This document shows, piece after piece, positions 9,363-18,150 of a stretch of 39,209 nucleotides of DNA. The stretch's first letter is position 1. Each line of letters opens with the position of its first letter. Source of the stretch: Flavobacteriales bacterium (GTDB taxonomy: Bacteria; Bacteroidota; Bacteroidia; Flavobacteriales_F; PHOS-HE28); the NCBI GenBank assembly GCA_044343855.1, contig JBIJDX010000003.1, positions 1 through 39,209 on the forward strand, read 5' to 3'. The position numbers and the translations under genes are program-made. The notes under the pieces were generated by a model. It was not told where the DNA came from, did not search any database, and worked only from the letters and a program-made list of their open reading frames with translations.

Positions 9363-10294
9363 AGCGCTGGATCGGAGTATCAGTGTTGTTCCTTTTTGCG
9401 ATCATGCTATTGTCCGCGGGATATCTGCATGATCTCCTGGCCATCACTGCCCCCAGCGGTGCCAGAGCCGCTGTGGTCGAGGGTTGGATGCCGCGCGAAC
9501 GCATACCGGCGTTGGTGCAACTGCTCGTACAGGGCGGTTACGAACGCATCTATGTCACCGGCACCACCCGCTCGTTCGCCTACTACATGGAACGCGGGCA
9601 GACCCTTCAGGCAGACCTCGCCGAGCCCACCGGCGGAGAGCTCATGGTGAATGCTGGCGGCATCGATGGTGCGCGCCTTGTGGTGATGGTGGAACGCGAC
9701 ACCCTGATGGACCTTGCCGTGAGCGGCAGCCCCACCGAATACCGCTGCACACTTCCACCAGGCTCGGCGTCCCTTACCATCGCCAGCACGCATGAACGCC
9801 AACTGGAGCAGGGAACGAGGAACATCTTCCTGAAGGAGGCACTGATCCACGGCACGAACGTGCACACCCTTGCCGCCCGAACTTCATGGGTGCTGGTGGA
9901 TGGCACCCGGGGTCCGGCAGCACCCACCTATGCCGAGTGGGGCGCGGGTCTGCTGGCCGGTGCAGGCATTCCCGCCGAACAGCTGGTTCCTGTACCGGCC
10001 GCCGGGACGGATGCAGGCCGCACGCTGTCCAATGCACGGACATTTGCAGACCGGGCACACTTGGACCATATCACGATGGTCGACCTCATCTCACTGGGTG
10101 TGCATGCACGTCGCTCACAACGCGTCTATCAACAGGCCTGTGGGACCGGCATGAGGGTGGGGGTGCGATCGCTGGCCGACCCGGAAACCCCGCGCGAAGG
10201 TTGGTGGAAGCGCCGCCTTGGGGTCATCCGGGTACTGAAGGAGCTGGCGGGCATTCCCGCCGTGGAGGTGCTGGATGCCAGTTCCATGCCCTGA
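9359..10294 (+). CDS. YdcF/ElyC/SanA (DUF218) family protein with inserted beta-rich domain
   Basis: N-terminal TM, VVEGW, YVTG, TYAE, T..NA, HARRS and final KE motifs, with an insert of about 110 aa. Confidence 0.7.
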   Translation: MKRWIGVSVLFLFAIMLLSAGYLHDLLAITAPSGARAAVVEGWMPRERIPALVQLLVQGGYERIYVTGTTRSFAYYMERGQTLQADLAEPTGGELMVNAGGIDGARLVVMVERDTLMDLAVSGSPTEYRCTLPPGSASLTIASTHERQLEQGTRNIFLKEALIHGTNVHTLAARTSWVLVDGTRGPAAPTYAEWGAGLLAGAGIPAEQLVPVPAAGTDAGRTLSNARTFADRAHLDHITMVDLISLGVHARRSQRVYQQACGTGMRVGVRSLADPETPREGWWKRRLGVIRVLKELAGIPAVEVLDASSMP

Positions 10295-10336
10295 ACAGCA
10301 GCGGCTGCAGCAGAACGGGAACTCCATCTTTGCAGC

Positions 10337-10870
10337 ATGAGCATCCCCGGCCGACCTCCTCTCTCCGAGCTCCCCGCATTCTACCATCGCTATGTGGAAA
10401 GCGTTCCCGAAAATGAACTGAACAGGGCATTGGAGGAGAGTTTCCGAACGGCCCTGGAGGCCTTTACAGGGATCGATGACGCCACCAGCCTGCACCGCTA
10501 TGCACCCGGGAAATGGAGCATACGCGACCTGCTGCAGCACCTTGTCGACTGTGACCGGATCTTCGGCTATCGCGCTCTTCGCATCGCACGCGGCGACACC
10601 ACCCCGCTGCCCGGGTTCGATGAGGATGCCTACGCAGCGGCAGCAGAAGCCGACACCCGGTCCTGGAGCGACCTGTGTACCGAATGGGAACAGGTTCGCC
10701 ATGGTCTGAACAGCCTGTTCCGGAGCTTCACCGGTGCGACGTTACTCCGCACGGGCACGGCCAACGGCGGCTCCATCAGTGTGCGGGCCTTGGGGTGGAT
10801 CGCAGCCGGACATACCTTGCATCACCTGCACATCCTCCACGAACGTTACCTGACCGATGGCCGCACGTAG
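10337..10870 (+). CDS. DinB family protein
   Basis: Y.PGKWSI...L.HL.D, LPGFDE..Y and GH..HH motifs. Confidence 0.9.
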   Translation: MSIPGRPPLSELPAFYHRYVESVPENELNRALEESFRTALEAFTGIDDATSLHRYAPGKWSIRDLLQHLVDCDRIFGYRALRIARGDTTPLPGFDEDAYAAAAEADTRSWSDLCTEWEQVRHGLNSLFRSFTGATLLRTGTANGGSISVRALGWIAAGHTLHHLHILHERYLTDGRT

Positions 10871-11327
10871 CATCCACCAATGGTTCGACGCCTACGGCGA
10901 AAGCCATCAGCACCCCACGAACAAGGCCATCCATTGGGTGTGCGTACCCGCCATCTATTTCTGCGTTGTCGCCCTCCTGTGGAGCATACCGCCACCCATC
11001 CCGGAGCGGCTGCCCGTGGGCTGGGCCGCCATGGTGGCCGCGCTGCTGGTGGTCCTCTTCTACCTCCGTTTATCGGTATCCGTAACGGTGGGGATGGCCC
11101 TGTTCACCGGTGGATGCCTGCTGCTCTGCAACACGGTTGACAGGGCGTGCCCCCTGCCGCTTTGGTCCGTGGCGTTGATGCTGTTCGTTGCGGCCTGGAT
11201 AGGGCAGTTCTACGGACACAAGGTGGAGGGCCGTAAGCCCAGCTTCCTCAACGACCTCCAGTTCCTGATGATCGGTCCGGCATGGTTGCTGGGATCGATC
11301 TATCGTCAGTTGGGCATCAGGTATTGA
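10857..11327 (+). CDS. DUF962 / Mpo1-like membrane protein
   Basis: Y.ESH..P.N..IH..CVP and W.GQF.GH..EG.KPSF motifs. Confidence 0.9.
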   Translation: MAARSIHQWFDAYGESHQHPTNKAIHWVCVPAIYFCVVALLWSIPPPIPERLPVGWAAMVAALLVVLFYLRLSVSVTVGMALFTGGCLLLCNTVDRACPLPLWSVALMLFVAAWIGQFYGHKVEGRKPSFLNDLQFLMIGPAWLLGSIYRQLGIRY

Positions 11328-12376
11328 GCTACCGGATGGAAGTAACGCGGCGCATGTCCTTCCACCAAACCTGGATGGAAAATGTGCACCAGGTCCGAGA
11401 GCAGCACATCCGGTTCCAGCAATGCCCTGCCAAAGAGGTCCGAACGGGTGCTGTTGCCGAAAAAGCCGCGCTTTGAAAGGGCCTCCGTTCGGATCAGCCG
11501 GGGATCGCCACGGGCGAGGTCGGTGGCCGATGGCTCGCCGGGGTGAGCGATGACCATGCCGATGTGGTCGAGGGAGTCCGTCAGTGCCAGGAATGACTCC
11601 AGGTCCATGGGATGGCTGCCGCTCACTGTATCGGAAAGGAAGTATCGTGCCCCGGCATCCCGCATGAAAGTGGCCATGTAACTGTTCCCTGCTGCAGCGT
11701 TGAAATGGCCGCCCCAGGCGCTGCCGAAGGATACCAGCGGACGCTTTTGTACGTGGGCCACACGATCACGAACACGTTCATAGCGGGCCACAATGGTCCC
11801 ATGGATGCTGTCGGCAGCGGCCGATCTACCCAGCAGCGCTCCGAAAACGCGTATCCACTCAGCCCGGCCCAGTGGGTGCTGCTCCAGGAATTCCGTGACC
11901 GGAACCAGCACCGTACCCTGCAGTTGCGGGGCACCCTGCACGATGCCGGGCACCTGGTCGAAAACGATACCGGGGTTCAGGGCGAGGTAGCGTTCCTTGT
12001 CCAACCGATCGCCACGAACCAGTTCTGCGACCTTGTCGGAGACCACGCGTTCCCTGAAACGGGCATCGGGGACCTGTGCCATGTATGCTGCCCCCACCAG
12101 CAGGTCTGCTGCGTCCAAGGCAAGGATATAGGGAATGTGCGTGGTGCTGAGCACCGCGACACGTGCCGGTGGTTGCTCCGGCACCGGGATCACGGCCAAG
12201 GTATCCCCCCGCCCCCCCGGACCGAACACGATCACACGCTGCCCTCCATCCCGTTCCTGGATACGGAACCGGGTCGCGTGCGTATTCGGAACGTCACGCC
12301 ACTCCCCAGGTTGATCCGGTGCGCGATGACCGCCACAGGCGGCGAGCAGTGACACAACGAGTAGGAACGCCTTCAT
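11306..12376 (-). CDS. ABC transporter substrate-binding lipoprotein (BtuF/Fe-siderophore class)
   Basis: Lipobox LAAC, R..VLSTTH, E.HPLGRAEW and PD.LL.DL..I.HP motifs. Confidence 0.85.
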   Translation of the reverse strand: MKAFLLVVSLLAACGGHRAPDQPGEWRDVPNTHATRFRIQERDGGQRVIVFGPGGRGDTLAVIPVPEQPPARVAVLSTTHIPYILALDAADLLVGAAYMAQVPDARFRERVVSDKVAELVRGDRLDKERYLALNPGIVFDQVPGIVQGAPQLQGTVLVPVTEFLEQHPLGRAEWIRVFGALLGRSAAADSIHGTIVARYERVRDRVAHVQKRPLVSFGSAWGGHFNAAAGNSYMATFMRDAGARYFLSDTVSGSHPMDLESFLALTDSLDHIGMVIAHPGEPSATDLARGDPRLIRTEALSKRGFFGNSTRSDLFGRALLEPDVLLSDLVHIFHPGLVEGHAPRYFHPVAQYLMPN

Positions 12377-13818
12377 CGCAGCTCGCGGATCATTTCCAAC
12401 AGGGCGTCGCGAACGGTATCGCTTCCTTGAGGAATGCCGTCGGCCTGCTGCTCAACGGTATGGTGCGGTCGCTCGCCATGTGCAGGTGGACCGCTTGGTA
12501 TTCCATCGGGCACATAGCGCACCAGCGGGATGCACAGCTCAAGCCCCGATATCGGCAGCTGTGCCCTGAACTCGCGACCGCCGGTGAAGCTGAAGGCATT
12601 GGTGCCCACCTCCTCACCCACGATCCGTGCCCGTCCGCTCCTCCTGGCCATCATTACCACGGCGGCTGCCGCATCCCGGGTAGCCCCGTCACAGACCACA
12701 TACACCTTGCCGGTGAACGCCTTCCTCTGGGATGGCAGAGGTTGCAGCCGTGGATCGTCAGGCCTCAGATGTGATGTCCTGTTAGGGCCTGGAACGAACT
12801 GCTGTGCGATGGTCTCGAGGTGTTCCGTTGGCATGCCCGACAGGGGCGGAAGATCCGCATCCGGGGTTCGCACGCTCATCTCCTTGACCACCCGGAACGG
12901 TTGCACGGCAATGGCCGCGAACACCATCTCCGCAGCGGCCAGGTCACGACCGTCAGCACCACGCAGGTCCAGCACCAGGGTGCCTGCCTTGTTGCGGCGG
13001 CATTCCTTCAGGACAGCTGCAAGGAACCGCTCGGGCTGCACACCATCGGCCTCCAATGCATCCAGGTCAAGCGTACGCATCGTTACCCACTCGGATCCGG
13101 ACTCAGCATCCCAATAGGCCCTCCATGCCGCCAGGCCCGGTCCGGATCCCTTCTGTGTGCGCTCCATCTCCGACCCTGTCATGGCGAAAATGCGCCGGGT
13201 ATCCTCCCTGCCCTCGCCATCCAGGAAACGCACATTGAACTCTGCCGGTGCCTCCACATGGCGGCGGTACAACCAGGGCAGATCCCGCTCGATCGTCCGG
13301 TGGCGAAGCGTGATGTTATCCCCATCCACTGGAACGTGGCGGGCGATGGCCGCTATGAACTCGTCGCTCGGCCGGTCGTTGATGGCCGTGATACGGGCAC
13401 CCACGGGCAGGCTCCTGAAACCCTTCAACTCCTCCTCCACATAGAGTCCGCCGCTCAACAACTTCACGCGCAGCGGGAGCACCGGTGCATCCATCAGGAG
13501 CCGTCCCCGTTGCTCCTCGTGAAGGTCCAGTTGCACATGGGCATCCTTGAGTGCATGCACTGCGGGAAGCATGTGAAGGAGGAACTCGGACCGTTCCATG
13601 GGAAGTCTGAGCCCATCGCGCAGCGAGTCGAGCATGCGATCGAACCCCACCTGTGTAACGTACCTGTACGGGTCGGGGTGCACGCGGTGAATGGCCGTGC
13701 GAAGGAACTCAACATCATCCCGCAGCCTCTCCGGGTAGAGGGTGCCCGCGGACAGGGTGGACTGCGGCCGGGCTGCAAGAACCGCGAACATCCCTGTAAC
13801 AAAAAGCGCACACCTCAT
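12373..13818 (-). CDS. S41 peptidase-family protein, probably catalytically degenerate
   Basis: Signal peptide, HP..Y.Y, L.D.H, PDZ-like 'GARITAIN', LVLDLR, G.VYV and IVGEE.G. The catalytic Ser position reads Asp. Confidence 0.8.
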   Translation of the reverse strand: MRCALFVTGMFAVLAARPQSTLSAGTLYPERLRDDVEFLRTAIHRVHPDPYRYVTQVGFDRMLDSLRDGLRLPMERSEFLLHMLPAVHALKDAHVQLDLHEEQRGRLLMDAPVLPLRVKLLSGGLYVEEELKGFRSLPVGARITAINDRPSDEFIAAIARHVPVDGDNITLRHRTIERDLPWLYRRHVEAPAEFNVRFLDGEGREDTRRIFAMTGSEMERTQKGSGPGLAAWRAYWDAESGSEWVTMRTLDLDALEADGVQPERFLAAVLKECRRNKAGTLVLDLRGADGRDLAAAEMVFAAIAVQPFRVVKEMSVRTPDADLPPLSGMPTEHLETIAQQFVPGPNRTSHLRPDDPRLQPLPSQRKAFTGKVYVVCDGATRDAAAAVVMMARRSGRARIVGEEVGTNAFSFTGGREFRAQLPISGLELCIPLVRYVPDGIPSGPPAHGERPHHTVEQQADGIPQGSDTVRDALLEMIRELR

Positions 13819-13891
13819 CAATTCCCACAATAGCGCGGCGAAGGTACATTGCGGGGTGGCCGCTGACATGACGAATGCCACCCCTGAACGA

Positions 13892-13924
13892 GAAAGGCCC
13901 TGACGCACGCGCGTCAAGGCCTTC
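13892..13924 (-). terminator. Probable intrinsic terminator after pckA
   Basis: Minus-strand hairpin AAGGCCTTGACGC-GCGT-GCGTCAGGGCCTT followed by a short T tract, about 15 nt after the stop. Confidence 0.7.
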
Positions 13925-13939
13925 CCGCTCAGTGATGCA

Positions 13940-15553
13940 TCAGGCCTTCACCGCAACCTTTGGTGCCGCGGCGAGCATCTCAGCGCTGGCCCCGTCCTTG
14001 TACTTGGCGAAGTTGTCGTTGAACTGTTTGGCAAGCTTCTCGGCAGTGGCATCATATGCGGCGCCATCGGCCCAGGTGCTGCGCGGATCGAGGATCTCGG
14101 CCGGTACGTTGGGACAGCTGTCGGGCATGCTCACGCCGAACACCGGATGCTCCCTGTAGGCCACGTTGTCCAGTTCACCGCGCAGTGCGGCGGTGATCAT
14201 CGCCCGGGTGAACTTGAGCTTCATGCGCTGGCCGGTGCCGTAAGCACCACCGCTCCAGCCGGTGTTCACCAACCATACGCGCACATTGTGCTGCTTCATC
14301 CGCTCGCCGAGCATGTCGGCGTACTTGGTGGGGTGCAGGGGCAGGAATGCCTTGCCGAAACAGGCGCTGAACGTGCTCTGTGGTTCGGTCACACCGGCCT
14401 CCGTACCCGCCACCTTGGCGGTGTATCCGCTGATGAAATGGTACATCGCCTGGCCCGGGGTAAGCTTGCTGATGGGGGGCAGCACACCATAGGCATCACA
14501 GGTCAGGAAGAAGATGTTGCGCGGATGACCTCCCACACTGGGCTCGGCGATGTTGCCGATGTGGTGGATCGGGTAGCTGACGCGGGTGTTCTCGGTCTTT
14601 GAGCCATCCGCAAAATCCACCTTCGTGGTACCCTCCTCGAACACGATGTTCTCCAGGATGGCGCCGAACTTCACGGCCTCCCATATCTGGGGCTCCTTCT
14701 CGGCGCTCAGGTCGATGCACTTGGCATAGCAGCCGCCCTCGAAATTGAACACACCCTTGTCGCTCCAACCATGCTCATCATCGCCGATGAGCCTGCGGTC
14801 GGGGTCGGCGCTGAGGGTGGTCTTCCCCGTACCGCTGAGACCGAAGAAGACCGCCGTATCACCAGCTTCGCCGATGTTGGCGCTGCAGTGCATGCTGAGC
14901 ACTCCGCGCTCCTGGGGAAGCACGTAGTTGAGCACGGTGAAGATGCCCTTCTTGATCTCTCCGGTGTAGCCGGTGCCGCCGATCAGGATCATCTTCCGGG
15001 AGAAGTTGATCACGGCGAAGTTGTGCTGCCGGGTCCCATCGATCGCTGCATCCGCACGGAAACCGGGGGCATTGATGATGTTCCACTCAGGCTCGAAGTG
15101 CTCGAGCTCCGCCTTGGAAGGACGCAGGAACATGTTGCCGGCGAACTGCGCGCTCCATGGCTTCTCGGCAACAACACGGATGTTCATCCGATAGGTGGGG
15201 TCGGCACAGGCGTACACGTCCTTCACGTACACATCGCGCTCCATGAGGTAGGCGCACATGCGGGCGTGAAGAGCGTCGAACCGGGCCGTATCGATGGGGT
15301 AGTTCACATCCCCCCACCACACGGTGTTCTCGGTCTTTTCGTCGCGCACGCAGAACTTGTCCTTGGGGCTGCGACCGGTGAACTCGCCGGTTTCGATGGC
15401 CAGAGCGCCGCTGTCGGCGAACACGCCCTCTCCGTTGAGAATGGAGTGCTCCACCAGTTCGGCAGGCTCCAGGTTCCAGAATGCATCGCCAAGGTGGCGC
15501 AGGCCGATCTTCGAGAGATCGGCGGTCTTCGGTTTCAGACCGAACTCGTTCAT
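13940..15553 (-). CDS. pckA: Phosphoenolpyruvate carboxykinase (ATP)
   Basis: TGRSPKDK, YTGEIKK, MHCSAN, GLSGTGKTT, IGDDEHGW and NFEGGCYAK motifs. Confidence 0.98.
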   Translation of the reverse strand: MNEFGLKPKTADLSKIGLRHLGDAFWNLEPAELVEHSILNGEGVFADSGALAIETGEFTGRSPKDKFCVRDEKTENTVWWGDVNYPIDTARFDALHARMCAYLMERDVYVKDVYACADPTYRMNIRVVAEKPWSAQFAGNMFLRPSKAELEHFEPEWNIINAPGFRADAAIDGTRQHNFAVINFSRKMILIGGTGYTGEIKKGIFTVLNYVLPQERGVLSMHCSANIGEAGDTAVFFGLSGTGKTTLSADPDRRLIGDDEHGWSDKGVFNFEGGCYAKCIDLSAEKEPQIWEAVKFGAILENIVFEEGTTKVDFADGSKTENTRVSYPIHHIGNIAEPSVGGHPRNIFFLTCDAYGVLPPISKLTPGQAMYHFISGYTAKVAGTEAGVTEPQSTFSACFGKAFLPLHPTKYADMLGERMKQHNVRVWLVNTGWSGGAYGTGQRMKLKFTRAMITAALRGELDNVAYREHPVFGVSMPDSCPNVPAEILDPRSTWADGAAYDATAEKLAKQFNDNFAKYKDGASAEMLAAAPKVAVKA

Positions 15554-15579
15554 GTCCGTTTGATTGGGGATTGAGGGTG

Positions 15580-15587
15580 CAAAAGTA
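15580..15587 (-). promoter_or_regulatory. Bacteroidota -7 promoter element (TACTTTTG) for pckA
   Basis: Exact TAnnTTTG match 26 nt upstream of the ATG. Confidence 0.7.
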
Positions 15588-15607
15588 GGGGGAACCGGGC
15601 TCCGCGT

Positions 15608-16009
15608 CTACCGCCTATCGGTTCCGTTACCAGCGGATATCAACAGCACGCCCCACCCCGCCATGAGTGCCAGCCCACCGATGGGGGTGATGGGACCAAG
15701 TACCGCTCCCACCGCATGAAGACCGGTCAAGTCCCTGGTGCTCAGTAGATAGATGGACCCGGAGAAGAGTAACACGCCAATGGTGAAGAGCCGATGGACC
15801 CAGCGCGACCGCACATCGGGCAGGTATGCGCCCAGCGCGGCCACCAGCAGGAGTCCAAGGCCGTGATAGAACTGGTATTCCACCGCCGTATGCCACTGGT
15901 CGAGGGCCTGTGGGCTGAGGCGGTCGCGGAGACCGTGTGCCCCGAAGGCACCGGCCGCTACCGCTAGAAGCATCAGAATGGCACCGGTTCGTATGAGGGA
16001 AGGTCGCAT
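15608..16009 (-). CDS. DUF423 (YgdD/TMEM256) membrane protein
   Basis: GAFGAH.L, TAV.YQ.YH, FSGS.Y and GPITP.GG motifs. Confidence 0.93.
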   Translation of the reverse strand: MRPSLIRTGAILMLLAVAAGAFGAHGLRDRLSPQALDQWHTAVEYQFYHGLGLLLVAALGAYLPDVRSRWVHRLFTIGVLLFSGSIYLLSTRDLTGLHAVGAVLGPITPIGGLALMAGWGVLLISAGNGTDRR

Positions 16010-16047
16010 GGGGGATGAACGGGGTACGAAGATCTGGTCTGCCCAAC

Positions 16048-16074
16048 AAAAAGCCCCCATCGCTGGGGGCTTTT
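16048..16074. terminator. Intrinsic terminator (possibly bidirectional) closing the LPP20/CsgG cluster
   Basis: AAAAA-GCCCCCA-TCGC-TGGGGGC-TTTT. Confidence 0.85.
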
Positions 16075-16093
16075 CGCAGATCGGTGGGTACCG

Positions 16094-16687
16094 TTACTTC
16101 TTCATGTTGTTCATCTCGGCCTCGAAGGTCTCCTTGAACTTCTCATAATCGTAATCGATCCGGAGGCGTTCATCGCTGGAGAGCCGTTCGTTGTATGCGC
16201 TCAACAGGTCCTGGGCACTGAGCTCGATGGCGATGTAGGTCTTGTAGTTGCCGTTGCCACCCACACGGACCTGGCGCTCGCAGATGGTCTTCACACCCTT
16301 CAGCTGCTGATCAACCACCTCGCGTGATAGGCCTTCGTAACGCTCGGCCACCTCCTCGCGGTTGTTCATCTCACGGCTGTTGACATAGTTGTCGATGACC
16401 CGCTTGATCTGGGTGCTGATGTCAGCGGCGAGCAAACCGCGCGCAGCGCTGAGCGCCTTGTTCTTGGCGGTCATCTGGTCCATGCTCTCCCCCACTGCGT
16501 TCTGGCGGAACGCTTTGTCGTTGGTGAAATACTCCTGGCCGGAGCAGAACACGGTTATTTCAACCTCACCATTGGGAGGAGGTGTGGATACCACCTCTTT
16601 CTTCTTCTTGCAGGCGGTAAGGGCTCCGGACAGCATGAGCGCCGTCATCAGGACCATCACAGGGCGATTGTGGTTCAAGGTTTTCAT
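16094..16687 (-). CDS. LPP20-like lipoprotein
   Basis: Lipobox LTAC. The pattern 'G.S.....A...AL..AR..LA..I...I' is characteristic of LPP20 domains. Confidence 0.7.
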   Translation of the reverse strand: MKTLNHNRPVMVLMTALMLSGALTACKKKKEVVSTPPPNGEVEITVFCSGQEYFTNDKAFRQNAVGESMDQMTAKNKALSAARGLLAADISTQIKRVIDNYVNSREMNNREEVAERYEGLSREVVDQQLKGVKTICERQVRVGGNGNYKTYIAIELSAQDLLSAYNERLSSDERLRIDYDYEKFKETFEAEMNNMKK

Positions 16688-16725
16688 GTGATCGGGAACG
16701 TTGGTGGTGTCTTTGAGGAGTGGGT

Positions 16726-16742
16726 TGCCAATTGCGTGCCAA
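16726..16742 (-). promoter_or_regulatory. Putative sigma54 (-24/-12) promoter
   Basis: Minus strand reads TTGGCACGCAATTGGCA, with GG-N10-GC spacing, 38 nt upstream of the ATG at 16687. Confidence 0.65.
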
Positions 16743-16764
16743 ACTTCGTAATTCCTTGTAAATA

Positions 16765-18150
16765 TTACAGAACGGAGCGCATGGCTGCAGGGATGAGTTC
16801 CTTCCGTACCTGTCCGGCGGCCTTCCTGTAGGCATCCAGGCCCGCCTTGTCGTAGGCGAGTTGCACGCCTTTCACGCCCTGCTGGCCAACCTCGTAAATG
16901 ACCTGGTCGGAGCGTCTGTCACGCATGGTGATGGTGACATCGAGGTAAACGGTGAAGAATCCGGCGGACTCCCCCCCCTGCCTGCTTGTGGCATTGAGCG
17001 TCAGCAACAGGTCGGCATCCTGCGGTCGGTCGACGAAACGGAACCCCTGGGCGGTCATCTCCTCACGCACCACAACGGCCAGGCCGGCATCACCCACCGG
17101 CTGCCCGAGGTTGGTCTCCGCGTTACGCATGTGCACCTTGGGCATCACCACATCGATCGGCACACGCAGTTCGGGTGCGGCGAGGCTTGCGAGCAGGGCC
17201 TTCACCAGCGCAGGTTCCAGTTCAGGGCTGACAAGGCGGTCAAGATCGAGCTTCACCAGCAGCTCGCGCGTGCGGGAGGCGGGATCCACACGCCCAACGG
17301 CGCTGCGCAGGCGGCCCTCCTCATCGGTCGCCTTCAGCTCGGTGACCGTTCCATTGACACCGGGATAGCTCAGGTGCAATGGCAACTGCCCCAGTTCCAG
17401 CGTGGTGGTGCCGGTGCGGTGGGTGGCACTGATCAGCACCTCACGGGAGAAGCGGTTCGAAAGATCCAGCTGGCAGCGCTCGGGCAGAACGGAGAACCGC
17501 ACACCACCCGCCATGCGCTGCAGGTCCGCATACAATTCGTTCGCCAGCGGGACCTGGCGGCCGTCCACATCCACCGAGTCGTTCTCACCCCAATAGGCCT
17601 TGATGGCAAGCATCGCACGCAGGTCCTGGTCCACCGCGGAACGAAGGTCACCCTGCGCCATGGATGCCTGCGCACGGCGATAGAGGTCGGTGGCGGTGCC
17701 GATGGCCTGGGCCTTGCGCTGAGCCTTGAGGCGGGCATGCTCGCTCTTCGAGAGCTGATAGTAGGTCCAGACCTCGGTGCTGCTCTCCCAGCTGTCGGCC
17801 AGCTCGAACCCTTCGATCTGTTCGTTGGTGGTTGTGCGAATGCTATTGGTGAAGGACTCATTGAACTGCCCCTTGCGGTCCAGGGTGTAGAGCAGGCTGT
17901 TCCCCTCCACGTTCACGCGTATTTCGCTGGCAAGGTCATTGAGCGCGTTCTTCTTGGCCGACTCCAAATGATCGGGACGGCTCTTGGGAGCCATTCCGAT
18001 CCCCACATAGTAGCCGGGGACCACAGGTCGTGCGGATACCCATGCGGGGCGCGCGGGGGCTGTCGGAGCCTGGACCGGGCGCACAACCTGCTCCGGACTC
18101 CTGCAGGCCAGCATCGCGCCAAGAACCATGAGTGGGAGCAGGTTCCTCAC
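16765..18150 (-). CDS. LPP20-family lipoprotein with Ig-like and C-terminal alpha/beta domains
   Basis: Lipobox MLAC and 'P.WV......YYVGIG.......AK.NAL.DLA.EI.V.V'. GTG start overlaps the upstream TGA. Confidence 0.8.
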   Translation of the reverse strand: MRNLLPLMVLGAMLACRSPEQVVRPVQAPTAPARPAWVSARPVVPGYYVGIGMAPKSRPDHLESAKKNALNDLASEIRVNVEGNSLLYTLDRKGQFNESFTNSIRTTTNEQIEGFELADSWESSTEVWTYYQLSKSEHARLKAQRKAQAIGTATDLYRRAQASMAQGDLRSAVDQDLRAMLAIKAYWGENDSVDVDGRQVPLANELYADLQRMAGGVRFSVLPERCQLDLSNRFSREVLISATHRTGTTTLELGQLPLHLSYPGVNGTVTELKATDEEGRLRSAVGRVDPASRTRELLVKLDLDRLVSPELEPALVKALLASLAAPELRVPIDVVMPKVHMRNAETNLGQPVGDAGLAVVVREEMTAQGFRFVDRPQDADLLLTLNATSRQGGESAGFFTVYLDVTITMRDRRSDQVIYEVGQQGVKGVQLAYDKAGLDAYRKAAGQVRKELIPAAMRSVL

